The notes below the pieces were generated by a model. That model was given only the letters and a program-made list of their open reading frames with translations. It was not told the DNA's origin and ran no database searches. From assembly GCA_002269645.1 (NCBI GenBank), contig NIVC01000368.1, positions 1-64,000 of the forward strand: 64,000 bases of DNA. Direction: 5' to 3'. The position numbers were made by a program, and so were the translations under genes. The DNA comes from Macrostomum lignano. Taxonomy: Eukaryota. Below are positions 1-12,744 of this stretch, piece after piece. How positions within the stretch are numbered: the stretch's first letter is position 1; every line of letters starts with the position of its first letter.

Positions 1-108
1 ATGCATAGCACTTCACACTCTGCAGGCATAATGCTAGGCTGGGTTTTCAAATAGCTCGTTAAGCAGGTATATTTATAGCTACTGAGGCTTCCATATGAAT
101 AGGTTTTT

Positions 109-3100
109 ATTTGCTGTCTAAATTAAACGAGTCAAATTTTCAACATTAAAACAGTACGTGCAGTGACAGAGACTAACGTCTACAAAACTATACGAGTACA
201 CCTCTTGTTTATAACTCGATTACGCTTATCATATTTATAACTCCGGTTAGCGCAGAGTTGTGCAGCTCCACAACGACACTGCCCTAATCTTTAACATTGC
301 CGCCTATCTCCCTAGGGAAAGTGCGTCAGCGTTCAACTAACCCACACTACTATCCGCTCAGTCCATTTAAACAAATTTCTCTGCACAGAGAGAGCTCAGA
401 GATTTCAGTCCGTGACAGCGGGACTTTTGCTGCTGCTGCTGAGCTGGCAGGCAAATTCGCTTGAAGAAGAGCAAAGCACTCAGTTTGAAGCCGTGTGGAA
501 CAGCTGCGGCAGACAGCAGATCGGCAGAGAAGTGCTGCTAGGAGAAGCAGTGTAGCCATGGCAACAGAGATGGAGCAGAAGCTGAGACAGGCGCTGGAGT
601 CTGGAGACAGCGAGGAGCTGCAGCGACTGTGCGGTGAGGTCGGCAGCAACATCGAGCTGAAGGTGGGCGGGTTCGACAAGCAAGAATATCCCTTTAGGCA
701 GCGTCGCCGAATGCCGCTGGCCCATCACGTGGCCTGCAAGCCGGTGAGTTCGTCGTGTCTGGAGCTGCTGATTGACAGATTCGGACCCGGCTGTCTGACA
801 TATATAAATGACAGTGATCAGACTCCAGTGCACTTGGCAGCCCAGCATCAGGACGAGTCTTGGATGAAGCTGGTTAAAGAGAAAGGAGGCAGAGGCTGTC
901 TTAGAAATGTTGATCAGTGGGGGCAGACAGTCGCTCACTTTGCCGCTATGAACAGAAAAAGCAGTTCTTGTCTAAAGTGGCTGGTGAAGGAGCTCAGCGG
1001 CGACTATCTTACAGCTCCTGATAAAGACGGTGACACGGCCGTTCATTTGGCCGCTAGGCATAAGGGCATCGAGTCGCTGGAGTGGATCAAGAGACAGATC
1101 GGAACTGACTGCTTCCGGCTGAAGGGGTGGTTGGATAGAACAGCATTACACTTTGCTGCTCAGAAGTCTGACAATTCAAACCTGAAGTGGCTGGTGAAGG
1201 AGCTCGGCAGCGACTGTCTCACAGTTCCTGATGAATACGGGAGCACGGCCATCCATTTGGCCGCTCTGTATCAAGGCATCGAGTCGCTGGAGTGGATCAA
1301 GAGACAGATCGGAACTGACTGCTTTCGGCTGAAGGGATTTTGGGATAGAACAGCATTTCACAGTGCTGCCTGGAAGTCTGAACAATTCAAATCTGAAGTG
1401 GCTGGTGAAGGAACTCGGCAGCGAGTGTCTCACAGTTCCTGACAAAGAAGGTGACACGGCCGTCCATTTGGCCGCTCAGCGGCAGCCAGTCGACTCTCTT
1501 CAGTTCATTTTTGATCAAATCGGAGCCGAAACGTTCAGCTTAAAGAACAACAAGGGCAAAACACCGGCTAATATTGTTGAAAGTGATCGTGCCGAACAGA
1601 CCAGTCAGCAAAGCGGGCCTTGATTCCCTCTACGCAGCGGCGGCTCGAAGCCTCTCGGCCTCCCGCTGGCAGTTCAGCGCCGACTGCCGCCTCAGCTGGG
1701 TGAGTCCTGACTGAGAACTGCAGCCTGACACTGAAAATACTAAAAATATTTTTGGTGAGAATTAATTGCGCTTTGATGATCGGCGCCCTGAAATTCTCAT
1801 CAGAGCCACAGTAAAGTGAGGGCGTCACGAATTTGTCAGGGCAGCTCCTCATGGCGCTTCAACCTCCTGATGGAAGATATTCGCCTCATTCGCTTCCCAC
1901 AGCGCTGCAGCTCCGCGTCCCCGCCCCCGAGCGCGCGAGCGGGTCAAGCCGTCTGGGCCGTCCGAGGGGGGACTTTCTGAGGAGACTGGGTGAGTCCACG
2001 CGGGGAGACACGGAAGGTTGGTGACACAAAGGCTGAGTGACTCCAAAGTACCAGTACTTAGGAAGCCCTAATCAACACAAAATTCATCGGATTCCTTCAC
2101 CTCAATGTTTTCAGCGCCAAGAAGCAGCTGGACCCCAGCTTCACCGACTGGGACTTCATCCTGCAGGACAGCAAGAAGCAGCTCATCGGCCGTGGTGCAT
2201 TCGGTGAGGTGTACAAGGCCCTTACAGATCGTATCCAGACGGTGGCTGTCAAGGTGCTGCCCCTGAGCGACACCGGACAATCGGGGAAGCTGCAGAAAGC
2301 CGTCGAGATGGAGAAGCGGGGAGTTGAGATTCTCAAGCGACTCTCACATCCCAACATTGTGCAGTTCCTCAAGTGCGAGCAGAAGTCGGATGGGCTGTAC
2401 ATTTTCACCGAGCTGGTCTCGGGTCACAGCCTCTTTGAGCTGATGAAGCGTCAGAACAAGCCGTTCCAGGAGTCCTGGGTCAGGGACTTCTCCAGACAGG
2501 TGCGTCTCTGGGCTCTCTGGCATTGCCTGGCATGTGTGGAATCAGGTGGGATCAGTGTGGGATCAGTTTGCGATCAGTGTGTGCGATCAGTGTAGGATCA
2601 GTGTGGGATCAGTGTGGGTGAGATCCAGAATGGATAGATGCATTCTCATGACTGCTCAAAACTGCTACACCTGCAGATCTGCTCAGGCCTGAACTTCCTG
2701 CACTGCCAGCCGGAGGGCGCTATCTTGCACCGAGACATCAAAAGCGGAAATATAATGCTCACCAACGAGGGAGTCATCAAGCTGATCGACTTCGGTCTGG
2801 CCAGGGAGATATTCACCACCTGCGGCTGAGCGCAGGCAACCCGCCAAAAGGCACCTGGCACTTCATGGCGCCCGAGCTGTTCATGGGCGAGGGTGACTCG
2901 ATTCCGTACTCAGCCAAGACCGACGTGTGGGCCTTCGGCTGCACCGTGTATGAGCTGACGGCCATGCAGCCTCCTGACGCGAACGTTCAGAAGTTCAGGA
3001 TCGCCGTTCTGAGGTGCGGAGGGCGGGCGATGCCTCGGATTGCGGATGGGTTCTCAGCCGGCCTGAAGGACTTCTACCTCAGGTGCGTAGACTATGACCC

Positions 3101-3340
3101 GAGGGAGCGAGCGGACACTGCGGAGCTGCTGCGGCACAGCTTCCTGAGTGCCTCATCGTGACTGCGAGCGATGGGCTGTGAGGGAGCGGAGCGACTTTCG
3201 GTCGGTCTGTCGGTTTTGCTTGCTGACACAGAATGTTGTCTGTTAATCATTGAGTTTGATAGTTTATTTGATTATTAGTGCTCTTTTTCTTTATCTAATT
3301 GCAATTTTTTACCCGATTGCCCTTTGCCTTTTGTTATCTA
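109..3340 (+). repeat. Segmental duplication unit A (paralog of 9602-13870)
   Basis: Homology starts at ATTTGCTGT(C/A)TAAATTAAACGAGTCAAATT (109 vs 9602) and runs through the upstream region, exons, introns and 3' flank. Confidence 0.85.
570..3161 (+). pseudogene. Ankyrin-repeat + Ser/Thr kinase (STE/MAP3K-like), copy 1; frameshifted, either a pseudogene or assembly indel errors
   Basis: Exons about 570-1699, 2115-2499 and 2677-3161 with GT-AG introns at positions matching copy 2 (phase 2, phase 0). ANK motifs TPVHLAA, TAVHLAA, TALHFAA. Kinase motifs [26 protein letters not shown]. Relative to copy 2 there is +1 nt near 1381 (stop at 1440-1442), -1 nt near 1598 and -1 nt near 2825 (stop at 2827-2829). 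Upstream in-frame starts at 495 and 558 are possible. Confidence 0.85.
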
Positions 3341-5304
3341 ATTTTTGCATCCCTGGGCTTCGAGGTCTGTAGCGAGCACAGGGTACACATTAGTATACAG
3401 TCCTTGCTTGCATGCGTCACGACACACTTACATAGTTAGCGCCTTAGCGGTAGAGGCTGACGCCCAGCCGGTGTCAACTTTTGGCCTTGCTGATTGTTTA
3501 GTTGCTTCACAAGTAATCTGGCAGTAAGGAACTGTCTTGTGCGCAGAGCGGGAAGGAGGGACAGAGAAGCGAGAAAGGCACTTCCCCAAGACCGGAGGGA
3601 GCCGCTATAGCCACTGCCTGGAGAGTGGGAAAGGCCACAAACCCTCTAACCTAGCACCCCAACACCGACCCAGCCGAAGGCCGCCCAGCCCAGCCCACCA
3701 CAGACACAATAACAACAAAGGGCAAAACTGGCCGCAGCCAATCAGCAATGCGCTAATCACAAAGCACCCATCCAGTGCCGCACAATACTAGGGGGGGACC
3801 ACTACGAGCATACTTACAAAGCCTGAGCGGCCGCCAACCGCACCCCAGCAAACAATCCCCAAGCAGCCCCAAAAAGGTAAACAGTAATAAAGAGAAGCGG
3901 TTTAAGCCAGCTGTCTGAGGCAGACACAAGGGTGGAGGCAGGGGCGCCCAGCTGCCTCTACGGGAGCTGACTCCAAGCATGGTTCATGTGATCTACCAAG
4001 TTTTTCAAGTTATGTGATTTGAAAATGATTGTAAGAGAGTTGAGAAAAATTCGGTACTGAATTCCGTCTCAACTTTTATTTTTGTTGTTTTGAAATGACA
4101 CACTTTACGATACCAAGATCACTATGTATAACATAAATTGCATGACGATGAGTGCCCTGCTCGAAGGCATGGAAATGAAAGTAAGAGAGAAAACTCGAAC
4201 AAAATAGAATGGCAATTGGTTAGGATAAAGTTAGTGTCAGATAACTTATAAAGCTGGGTAGTACAGTAGAATAAAATTTAGATCAAAATTCTAAAAAAAG
4301 CAAGCACATATTGTAAGACAGTAGATACTCAAATAGATATTGTGAAAGGGGAATTCCAAAATGGAGGCCTAGAAATACCTAAAAGTGGCACTAAGCAGAA
4401 TTTTTGTTCTGCTCCTTCTTGAATCAAGTGTGTATATAATAATGATAGATTTTGTGACGAAAAATTCATTTTTTCCTATCTCCGCATTGTATATTTTCGA
4501 AAATCGGCCTCCAAAAAGTACTCAATATTTGACTTTTACAACCTGTTGCACTACAGTGGTCCGTGCATAGTTACCAAACGTTAGGCTTGATTTTGGTCCC
4601 GGCCAAGCCCCTTTGACTTCCCAAATCGTTGGTTTGCTCCATATAGTGAAGAGCCTCTGAAGTCTGAAGACGACTGCCGATTAGCCTAACTTGAAATTCC
4701 ATCAGTTTCAGCTGCTCATATAGCTACTCGTAGGTCTGCTAATAATCATCGTGCGAATTTCAGTTTGCAGCACTGATCTTTGTATACCTCTAGCCGTCTG
4801 TTTAGCATTGTGGTTGACTTTCGTAGAGTACAGTTTCGGTCGCAGCAGAATCCATTCCTTTGTGCCAACCAGCGGGTGCATCCTCCATGCAACCTAAATA
4901 TTGAGCCTTCAGGTCATCCCACTTTAGTGGATGTTAAGCTGGGTAGTTGGACGTCTCTAGCAGATGTTGTTCGACTAGTTTAGCTGCAAGATGTAACCGT
5001 GAAAATCAAGTCTCTTAAAACTCAGAAAGAAAGAGTCTGCCTCTCCCTTCTACTAAAAACTGCTTCGAAGTAACGTAACTAGCTAAAAAAAAATCTGTCA
5101 CAACCTAATTGTACGAGCGGAACACTACTTTCGAAAACTGCAACTTTATATTTGATTATTACAAAGTCGTAAATGAGCAAACGACATATTTTTCACTGAG
5201 ATGTTATTACGAATATATTTAAAGCAGAATCTCAGCTTTCTGGGATAGAATGCAGGTGAAAATCAGTAATAAAAACAAAGGAAGAAACTTTGATTGGAGG
5301 CGTG

Positions 5305-5900
5305 GCCGCAACCCTAAGGGTCTCTTGCCTGCCGCAACCCTAAGGGTCTCTTGCTTGCCGCAACCCTAAGGGTCTCTTGCTTGCCGCAACCCTAAGGGTC
5401 TCTTGCTTGCCGCAACCCTAAGGGTCTCTTGCTTGCCGCAACCCTAAGGGTCTCTTGCTTGCCGCAACCCTAAGGGTCTCTTGCTTGCCGCAACCCTAAG
5501 GGTCTCTTGCTTGCCGCAACCCTAAGGGTCTCTTGCCTGCCGCAACCTTAAGGGTCTCTTGCTTGCCGCACCCCTAAGGGTCTCTTGCTTGCCGCAACCC
5601 TAAGGGTCTCTTGCTTGCCGCAACCCTAAGGGTCTCTTGCTTGCCGCAACCCTAAAGGTCTTTTGCTTGCCGCAACCCTAAGGGTCTCTTGCTTGCCGCA
5701 ACCCTAAGGGTCTCTTGCTTGCCGCAACCCTAAGGGTCTCTTGCTTGCCGCAACCCTAAAGGTCTTTTGCTTGCCGCAACCCTAAGGGTCTCTTGCTTGC
5801 CGCAACCCTAAGGGTCTCTTGCTTGCCGCAACCCTAAGGGTCTCTTGCTTGCCGCAACCCTAAGGGTCTCTTGCTTGCCGCAACCCTATGGGTCTCTTGC
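5305..5900. repeat. 26-bp minisatellite (GCCGCAACCCTAAGGGTCTCTTGCTT), about 23 units
   Basis: Directly visible, highly homogeneous tandem array. The unit contains the near-palindrome ACCCTAAGGGT. Confidence 0.95.
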
Positions 5901-6308
5901 TGGGCGCCGATGTCTTTTGTTAAACCCCGCTGTCTCCAGGTGTGGACCGGTATCTCGGGCCGGTTGGAGGTACATCCAAGAGTGGCAAAAGTTGAGCTCG
6001 GTCATCTCATTTATCAAGTTTTGTTGCCTCGCATTTTTTCTTGGAGTAAATATGGGGAAACTATAGGAGATTCATCATGGGAGAAATTTTATTTTTTTAT
6101 TTAGTTTTCAAAGTATGTGCCTTCACCAAGCGCCACATGGAAATCTCCTGTTAGACATGGGAGTCTCCTGTTAGATGTTTGAGAGTAAGCATTTTCCAGT
6201 TTTCAACAGTTCAGTACAGGAGAATAAAAAATTTTTTATAGCTATTACAGAGTTCCAACGATGTATCAAAGCTTTATATAGGAAAGGTAATGACCTGCGT
6301 GTGGACAT

Positions 6309-7681
6309 CTAACAGGAGACTCCCATGGCTAACAGGAGACTCCATGGCTAACAGGAGACTCCATGGCTAACAGGAGACTCCCAGGGTTAACAGGAGACTC
6401 CCATGGCTAACAGGAGACTCCCATGGCTAACAGGAGACTCCCAGGGTTAACAGGAGACTCCCATGGCTAACAGGAGACTCCCAGGGTTAACAGGAAACTC
6501 CCATGGCTAACAAAAGACTCCCATGGCTAACAGGAGACTCCCAGGGTTAACAGGAGACTCCCATGGCTAACAGGAGACTCCCAGGGTTAACAGGAGACTC
6601 CCATGGCTAACAGGAGACTCCCATGGCTAACAGGAGACTCCCAGGGTTAACAGGAGACTCCCATGGCTAACAGGAGACTCCCATGGCTAACAGGAGACTC
6701 CCATGGCTAACAGGAGACTCCCATGGCTAACAGGAGACTCCCATGGCTAACAGGAGACTCCCATGGCTAACAGGAGACTCCCAGGGTTAACAGGAGACTC
6801 CCATGGCTAACAGGAGACTCCCAGGGTTAACAGGAGACTCCCAGGGTTAACAGGAGACTCCCATGGCTAACAGGAGACTCCCAGGGTTAACAGGAGACTC
6901 CCATGGCTAACAGGAGACTCCCATGGCTAACAGGAGACTCCCATGGCTAACAGGAGACTCCCATGGCTAACAGGAGACTCCCATGGCTAACAGGAGACTC
7001 CCAGGGTTAACAGGAGACTCCCATGGCTAACAGGAGACTCCCATGGCTAACAGGAGACTCCCATGGCTAACAGGAGACTCCCAGGGTTAACAGGAGACTC
7101 CCATGGCTAACAGGAGACTCCCATGGCTAACAGGAGACTCCCATGGCTAACAGGAGACTCCCAGGGTTAACAGGAGACTCCCATGGCTAACAGGAGACTC
7201 CCATGGCTAACAGGAGACTCCCAGGGTTAACAGGAGACTCCCATGGCTAACAGGAGACTCCCATGGCTAACAGGAGACTCCCATGGCTAACAGGAGACTC
7301 CCAGGGTTAACAGGAGACTCCCATGGCTAACAGGAGACTCCCATGGCTAACAGGAGACTCCCATGGCTAACAGGAGACTCCCATGGCTAACAGGAGACTC
7401 CCATGGCTAACAGGAGACTCCCATGGCTAACAGGAGACTCCCATGGCTAACAGGAGACTCCCAGGGTTAACAGGAGACTCCCATGGCTAACAGGAGACTC
7501 CCATGGCTAACAGGAGACTCCCATGGCTAACAGGAGACTCCCATGGCTAACAGGAGACTCCCAGGGTTAACAGGAGACTCCCATGGCTAACAGGAGACTC
7601 CCATGGCTAACAGGAGACTCCCACGGCTAACAGGAGACTCCCACGGCTAACAGGAGACTCCCACGGCTAACAGGAGACTCC
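6309..7681. repeat. 20-bp minisatellite (CTAACAGGAGACTCCCATGG, variant TTAACAGGAGACTCCCAGGG), about 68 units
   Basis: Tandem array of two interspersed variants. Two inverted units lie upstream at 6136-6178. Confidence 0.95.
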
Positions 7682-7722
7682 TATTGCTGCACAACTGAGC
7701 GTGGTTGCAGCGGTAGGTATGA

Positions 7723-8135
7723 GCAAGTCAGGATACAATGGGTCACGTCACGGCAGGTCAGGACACAACGGGTCACGGCAAGTCAGGACACAACGGGTCA
7801 CGGCAAGTCAGGACACAGCGGTCACGGCAAGTCAGGACACAGCGGGTCACGGCAAGTCAGGACACAGCAGGTCACGGCAAGTCAGGACACAGCGGGTCAC
7901 GGCAAGTCAGGACACAGCGGGTCACGGCAAGTCAGGACACAGCGGGTCACGGCAAGTCAGGACACACCGGTCACGGCAAGTCAGGACACAGTGGGTCACG
8001 GCAAGCTAAACGGTGTCTGTATATTTAACTGAGAACTCTTGAGTAAGCACTGGGCTTCCTGCTCCAACAGTTGCTAGTAAAAGTTCAGTCCAAAAATCAT
8101 GCAAACACAAAAATCAGTTGCTCGGAAAAAGCGCC
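7723..8135 (+). repeat. Left arm of a long inverted repeat: 25-bp array (GGGTCACGGCAAGTCAGGACACAGC, about 11 units) plus about 130 bp of unique sequence
   Basis: Reverse complement of 15361-15681, including the unique part (AACTGAGAACTCTTGAGTAAGCACTGGG...GAAAAAGCGCC). Confidence 0.9.
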
Positions 8136-9180
8136 TCTGACGAGGGCGATGGCTCTGGTGGTGTCGGTCGCGCAAAGGTACATAACTTGGTAGCCTGGTC
8201 CGTCCAAACGACCTGTTGCGCCCTTCGGCGACTCCAGCAGGCAGGCCACATCATCCGCGCCGAGTCGTACTGACCAGAGCCGGTGCAGGCCGGTGCTGCT
8301 GCTAACGCTATACAGGCCACCCTATCGGCCGGGGCAGGCGCGCACTCGGCGCCTGCTGGTTGACGCCGGCGCCCCGGATTCGACCGGCGGCGTGGCGTTC
8401 ATTCGCGACCTGGCCTTGAAGAGCGCCCTGCGTATTCTGTTGTTGTTGTTGGTAGCCTGGAAGCATGCAGGTCGGCTTTTCCATGCGGGTATACGGTTAA
8501 TGAATAAGGTAGATGTCAACATCCTTGTTGTCGAAAGTGCCTGTAAGGTTGCCAGATGCTGCGAGAGCTTGGAACAGGTTGATATGAATAATGTGCAGGT
8601 TTACTGGTTGGTTCGCCGGAGGCGGATTGCCAATGATTTGGTTGCTGGTCGCAGTGTCATATTTCGGCTGGCCAGCAGGGTTCGCCCTCAGAGCCCCGCT
8701 CCTAGTTTGACACAGCGTTGCGAACGGCATTACTCGTTCCCAGAGCTATCCGAGCTCGCGGACTCGCCTCTGCGTCGATCGCCAACCGGGCGACGCCTGG
8801 GCAGCAGGTGGAAGACGATCTTCCACGCCCCGACGTAGGCTTCCAAATCGCTCTTTCCGAGGACGTTTTCCCACTCAGCCGAGAAACCCATGTACGGGGT
8901 CTTACCGGGGAGCCCGGCGCGAATCTCCTCGATGCACCTCGAGCCGGAGTAGAAGGCTCGGTAGCGCCTACAGGGCGGCGTGGTCGGGCACGCTCAACGA
9001 CCATGGGTGGGAGAGCGGTCGCGCAGGTGTCCCAGGAGATGGACACAAGCTTTGCCAGCGCGAGCTCAAGCTGGGCCTCGTCCTTGAAGGCGAGGATGAC
9101 GCTGCCGCGGAATTTTCGTCTCTCGAGCCGTATCGAATGGTCTAGAAATCCATGCAGAGTAGGCTGGAATGGAGAAAACT
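8136..9180 (-). other. Degenerate GC-rich coding-like segment of unidentified origin
   Basis: Short minus-strand frames look protein-like ([22 protein letters not shown]; [51 protein letters not shown]; LHRLWSVRLGADDVACLLE) but are broken by stops and frameshifts. Confidence 0.3.
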
Positions 9181-9987
9181 GAATTGTAGAAAAATGGGGT
9201 AGGTAACCGCGCGGGGACTGGATATACCCCAGCCAGCTCCGAGGAGCTACCCTCTGTCACAGTAAACAACAGAGAAGCTTTGGATTCCAGGCGAGGCCCC
9301 GGCAGGCCCCAGGTCAACACTGCAAGATCAGGGGGCGGGAGGCCGGCTGTAGGTTTGGGACCAGACGCCAGGTCAGAGTGACAGCTGACGCCCAAGCCCT
9401 CCTCCACAGAAGTGGCCCTTGAGAACAGTCAGCAGCCAACTACTCAGCAGCCACCTGCCCAGCAAAAAGGCAGCAGGGGGGATCTGTTCTCCCACAGCCA
9501 GGCCTGAGCGAAAGAGGATGGAGAAACCTCCTCGGAAACGAAAAGCTGGCAGATGTCACTGAGTCCCTCGGTTTAAGTTGCCATTTCCCCCCCCATCCCC
9601 CATTTGCTGTATAAATTAAACGAGTCAAATTTCCAACATTACAACAAAACTCGGAATGCCACAGCCTAATGTTTACAGCGCTATGCGACTCTCAGGTAAA
9701 ACTCCTGCTTATCTTATTCAGAACTCCGCTTATCGCACAGTGGTGCTGCTGCACACCGACACTGCCCTATCGTTTAAGACTGCCGTGCCGCCTATTTTCG
9801 AAATGCAAGTGCGTCAGAGTTGAACCAAGACATGCTACTTTTAAGGACAGATCACTTTTGCTGCTGCTGCTGAGCTGGCAGGCAAATTTGCTTGAAGAAG
9901 AGCAAAGCACTCAATTTGAAGCCGTGTGGAACAGCTGCGGCAGACAGCAGATCCGCAGAGAAGCGCTGCTAGGAAAGAGAAACCGGC

Positions 9988-12667
9988 ATGGGGAACACTC
10001 GAAGTGTAGCCAAGGCAACAGAGATGGAGCGGAAGCTGAGAGCGGCGCTGGAGGCTGGAGACAGCGAGGAGCTGCAGCGACTGTGCGGTGAGGTCGGCAG
10101 CAACATCGAGCTGAAGGTGGGCGGCTTCGGAATGCAAAACCTTTTCTTTAGAAAGCTTCTTAAAATGCCGTTGGCCCATCACGTGGCCTGCAAGCCGGTG
10201 AGTTCGTCCTGCCTGGAGCTGCTGATTGACAGATTCGGACCCGGCTGTCTGACACATATAAATGACAGTGATCAGACTCCAGTGCACTTGGCAGCCCAGC
10301 ATCAGGACGAGTCTTGGATGAAGCTGGTTAAAGAGAAGGGAGGCAGAGGCTGTCTGAGAATTGTTGATAAGTGGGGGCAGACAGTCGCTCACTTTGCCGC
10401 TATGAACAGAAAAAGCAGTTCTTGTCTAAAGTGGCTGGTGAAGGAACTCGGCAGCGACTGTCTCACAGCTCCTGATAAAGACGGTGACACGGCCGTTCAT
10501 TTGGCCGCTAGGCATCAGGGCATCGAGTCGCTGGAGTGGATCAAGAGACAGATCGGAACTGACTGCTTTCGGCTGAAGACAAAGTGTGATAGAACAGCAT
10601 TTCACTTTGCTGCTCAGAAGTCCGACAGCTCAAATCTGAAGTGGCTGGTGAAGGAGCTCGGCAGCGACTGTCTCACAGTTCCTGACAAAGAAGGTGACAC
10701 AGCCGTCCATTTGGCCGCTCTGTATCAAGGCATCGAGTCGCTGGAGTGGATCAAGAGACAGATCGGAACTGACTGCTTTCGGCTGAAGACAAAGTGTGAT
10801 AGAACAGCATTTCACTTTGCTGCTCAGAAGTCCGACAGCTCAAATCTGAAGTGGCTGGTGAATGAGCTCGGCAGCGACTGTCTCACAGTTCCTGACAGAG
10901 ACGGTGACACGGCCGTCCATTTGGCCGCTAAGCATCAGCCAGTCGATTCTCTTCAGTTCATTTTTGACCAAATCGGAGCCGAAATGTTCAGTTTGAAGAG
11001 CAACAGGGGCATAACACCGGCTGATGTTGTTGAGAGATTTTGGTTACTCAATGACCAGTCAGCAAAGCAGGCCTGGATTTCCTCCACACAGCGGCTGCTC
11101 GAAGCCTCTCAGCCTCACGCTGGGTGAGTCCTGGCAGAGAGATGCTGCATGACTGACGCTAAAATGCTGAAAATATTTTTGGCGAAAATTCATTGCGCTT
11201 TGATGATCGGCGCCCTGAAATTCTCAGCAGCGCAGCAGTCAAGCAAGGGCGTCACGAATTTCTTGGGGCAGCTCCTCATGGCACCCCCAAACTTCCTATG
11301 GCATCCCCAATCTCTTCATGGCACCCCTAAACCATGCCCTGGCGCCCCAATTTCAAGGTGTTTTTGGAAGGTAAAAATATGACAGTACAGATGTCGGCAT
11401 TTAAGGTGCGACTCAGTGAGTCCGCGCTTAAATATGGGGCCAGTGTAGGTGAAGCAGAGGGTTGTGCCGCGGAATGCTGAGTGACTCCAAAGTACTCCGA
11501 AAGCCTCAAACAACTCAAAATTTATTGAATTCCTTTACCTAATATTCCCAGCGCCAAGAAGCAGCTGGACCCCAGCTTTACCGACTGGGACTTCATTCTG
11601 CAGGACGAAAAGAAGCAGCTCATCGGCCTTGGTGGATTCGGTGAGGTGTTCAAGGCCCTCACAGACCGCAACCAGACGGTGGCTGTCAAGGTGCTGCCCA
11701 TGAGCCAAGCTGAGCAAGACGCAGAGGAACTGAAGATAAAAATTCTGATGGAGAAGCGGGGAGTTGAGATCCTCAAGCGACTCTCGCATCCCAACATTGT
11801 GCAGTTCCTCAAGTGCGAGCAGAAGTCGGATGGGCTGTACATCTTCACCGAGCTGGTCTCGGGTCACAGCCTCTTTGAGCTGATGCAGCGTCAGAACAAG
11901 CCGTTCAAGGAGTCCGGGGTCAGGGACTTCTCCAGACAGGTGCGTCTCTGGGCTCTCTGGCATTGCCTGGCATGGGTGGGGTGAGTGTGGGATGAGTGTG
12001 GGATGAGTGTGGGATGAGTGTGGGATGAGTTTGGGATGAGTGTGGGATGAGTGTTGAATCAATGTGGGATCAGTGTGGGATCAGTGTGGGATCAGTGTGG
12101 GATCAGTGTGGGATCAGTGTGGGTGGGATCTGGAATGGCTAGATCCAACTTGATGACTGCTTAAAACTGCTCCACCTGCAGATCTGCTTAGGCCTGAACT
12201 TCCTGCACTGCCAGCCGCAGGGCGCCATCCTGCACCGTGACATCAAGAGCTCTAATGTGATGCTCACCAACAAGGGTGTCATCAAGCTGATCGACTTCGG
12301 TCTCGCCAAGGAGATCGTCGGCACCAGCGACCTGAGCGACGGCGTCGATCCCAAAGGCACCTGGCACTTCCTGGCGCCCGAGCTGTTCATGGGCGATGGC
12401 GAATCGATTCCGTACTCAGCCAAGACCGACGTGTGGGCCTTCGGCTGCACCGTGTATGAGCTGACGGCCATGCAGCCTCCTGACGCGAACGTTCAGCAGT
12501 TCCGGATCGCCGTGCTGAGGTGCGAAGGGCGAGCGATGCCTCAGATTGCTGACGGGTTCTCAGCCGGCCTGAAGGACTTCTACCTCAGGTGCGTAGACTA
12601 TGACCCGAGGGAGCGAGCGGACACCGCGGAGCTGCTGGGGCACAGCTTCCTGAGAGTCTCATCGTGA
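9988..12667 (+). CDS. Ankyrin-repeat + Ser/Thr kinase (STE/MAP3K-like), copy 2, intact, about 669 aa
   Basis: Exons 9988-11123, 11552-11939 and 12182-12667 total 2010 nt and are in frame across GT-AG junctions (GG|C, CAG|ATC). About 8 ANK repeats, including 210-nt two-repeat units. Kinase motifs GLGGFGEV, VAVK, alphaC E (VEIL), HRDIKSSN, DFG, GTWHFLAPE, DVWAFG. The ATG shared with copy 1 is at 10024. Confidence 0.9.
11983..12125. repeat. 11-bp repeat (GGGAT[C/G]AGTGT) in kinase intron 2 of copy 2; shorter version at about 2547-2618 in copy 1
   Basis: Visible tandem units. The intron is 242 nt in copy 2 versus 177 nt in copy 1. Confidence 0.85.
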
Positions 12668-12744
12668 CTGCGAGAGCGACGGGCTGTGAGGGAGCTGAGC
12701 GACTCCTGAAGCGGGCGGCTTTGCTTGCTGATGTTGTCTGCTTT

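Noticed and set aside
5305-7681. CRISPR-like appearance of the regular 26-bp and 20-bp arrays
   Set aside because: Units are head-to-tail with no unique spacers, no cas genes are present, and the context is eukaryotic and spliced.
9988-12667. RNase L identity (ANK + kinase)
   Set aside because: No C-terminal KEN ribonuclease domain follows the kinase, and the kinase retains DFG and other active-site motifs.
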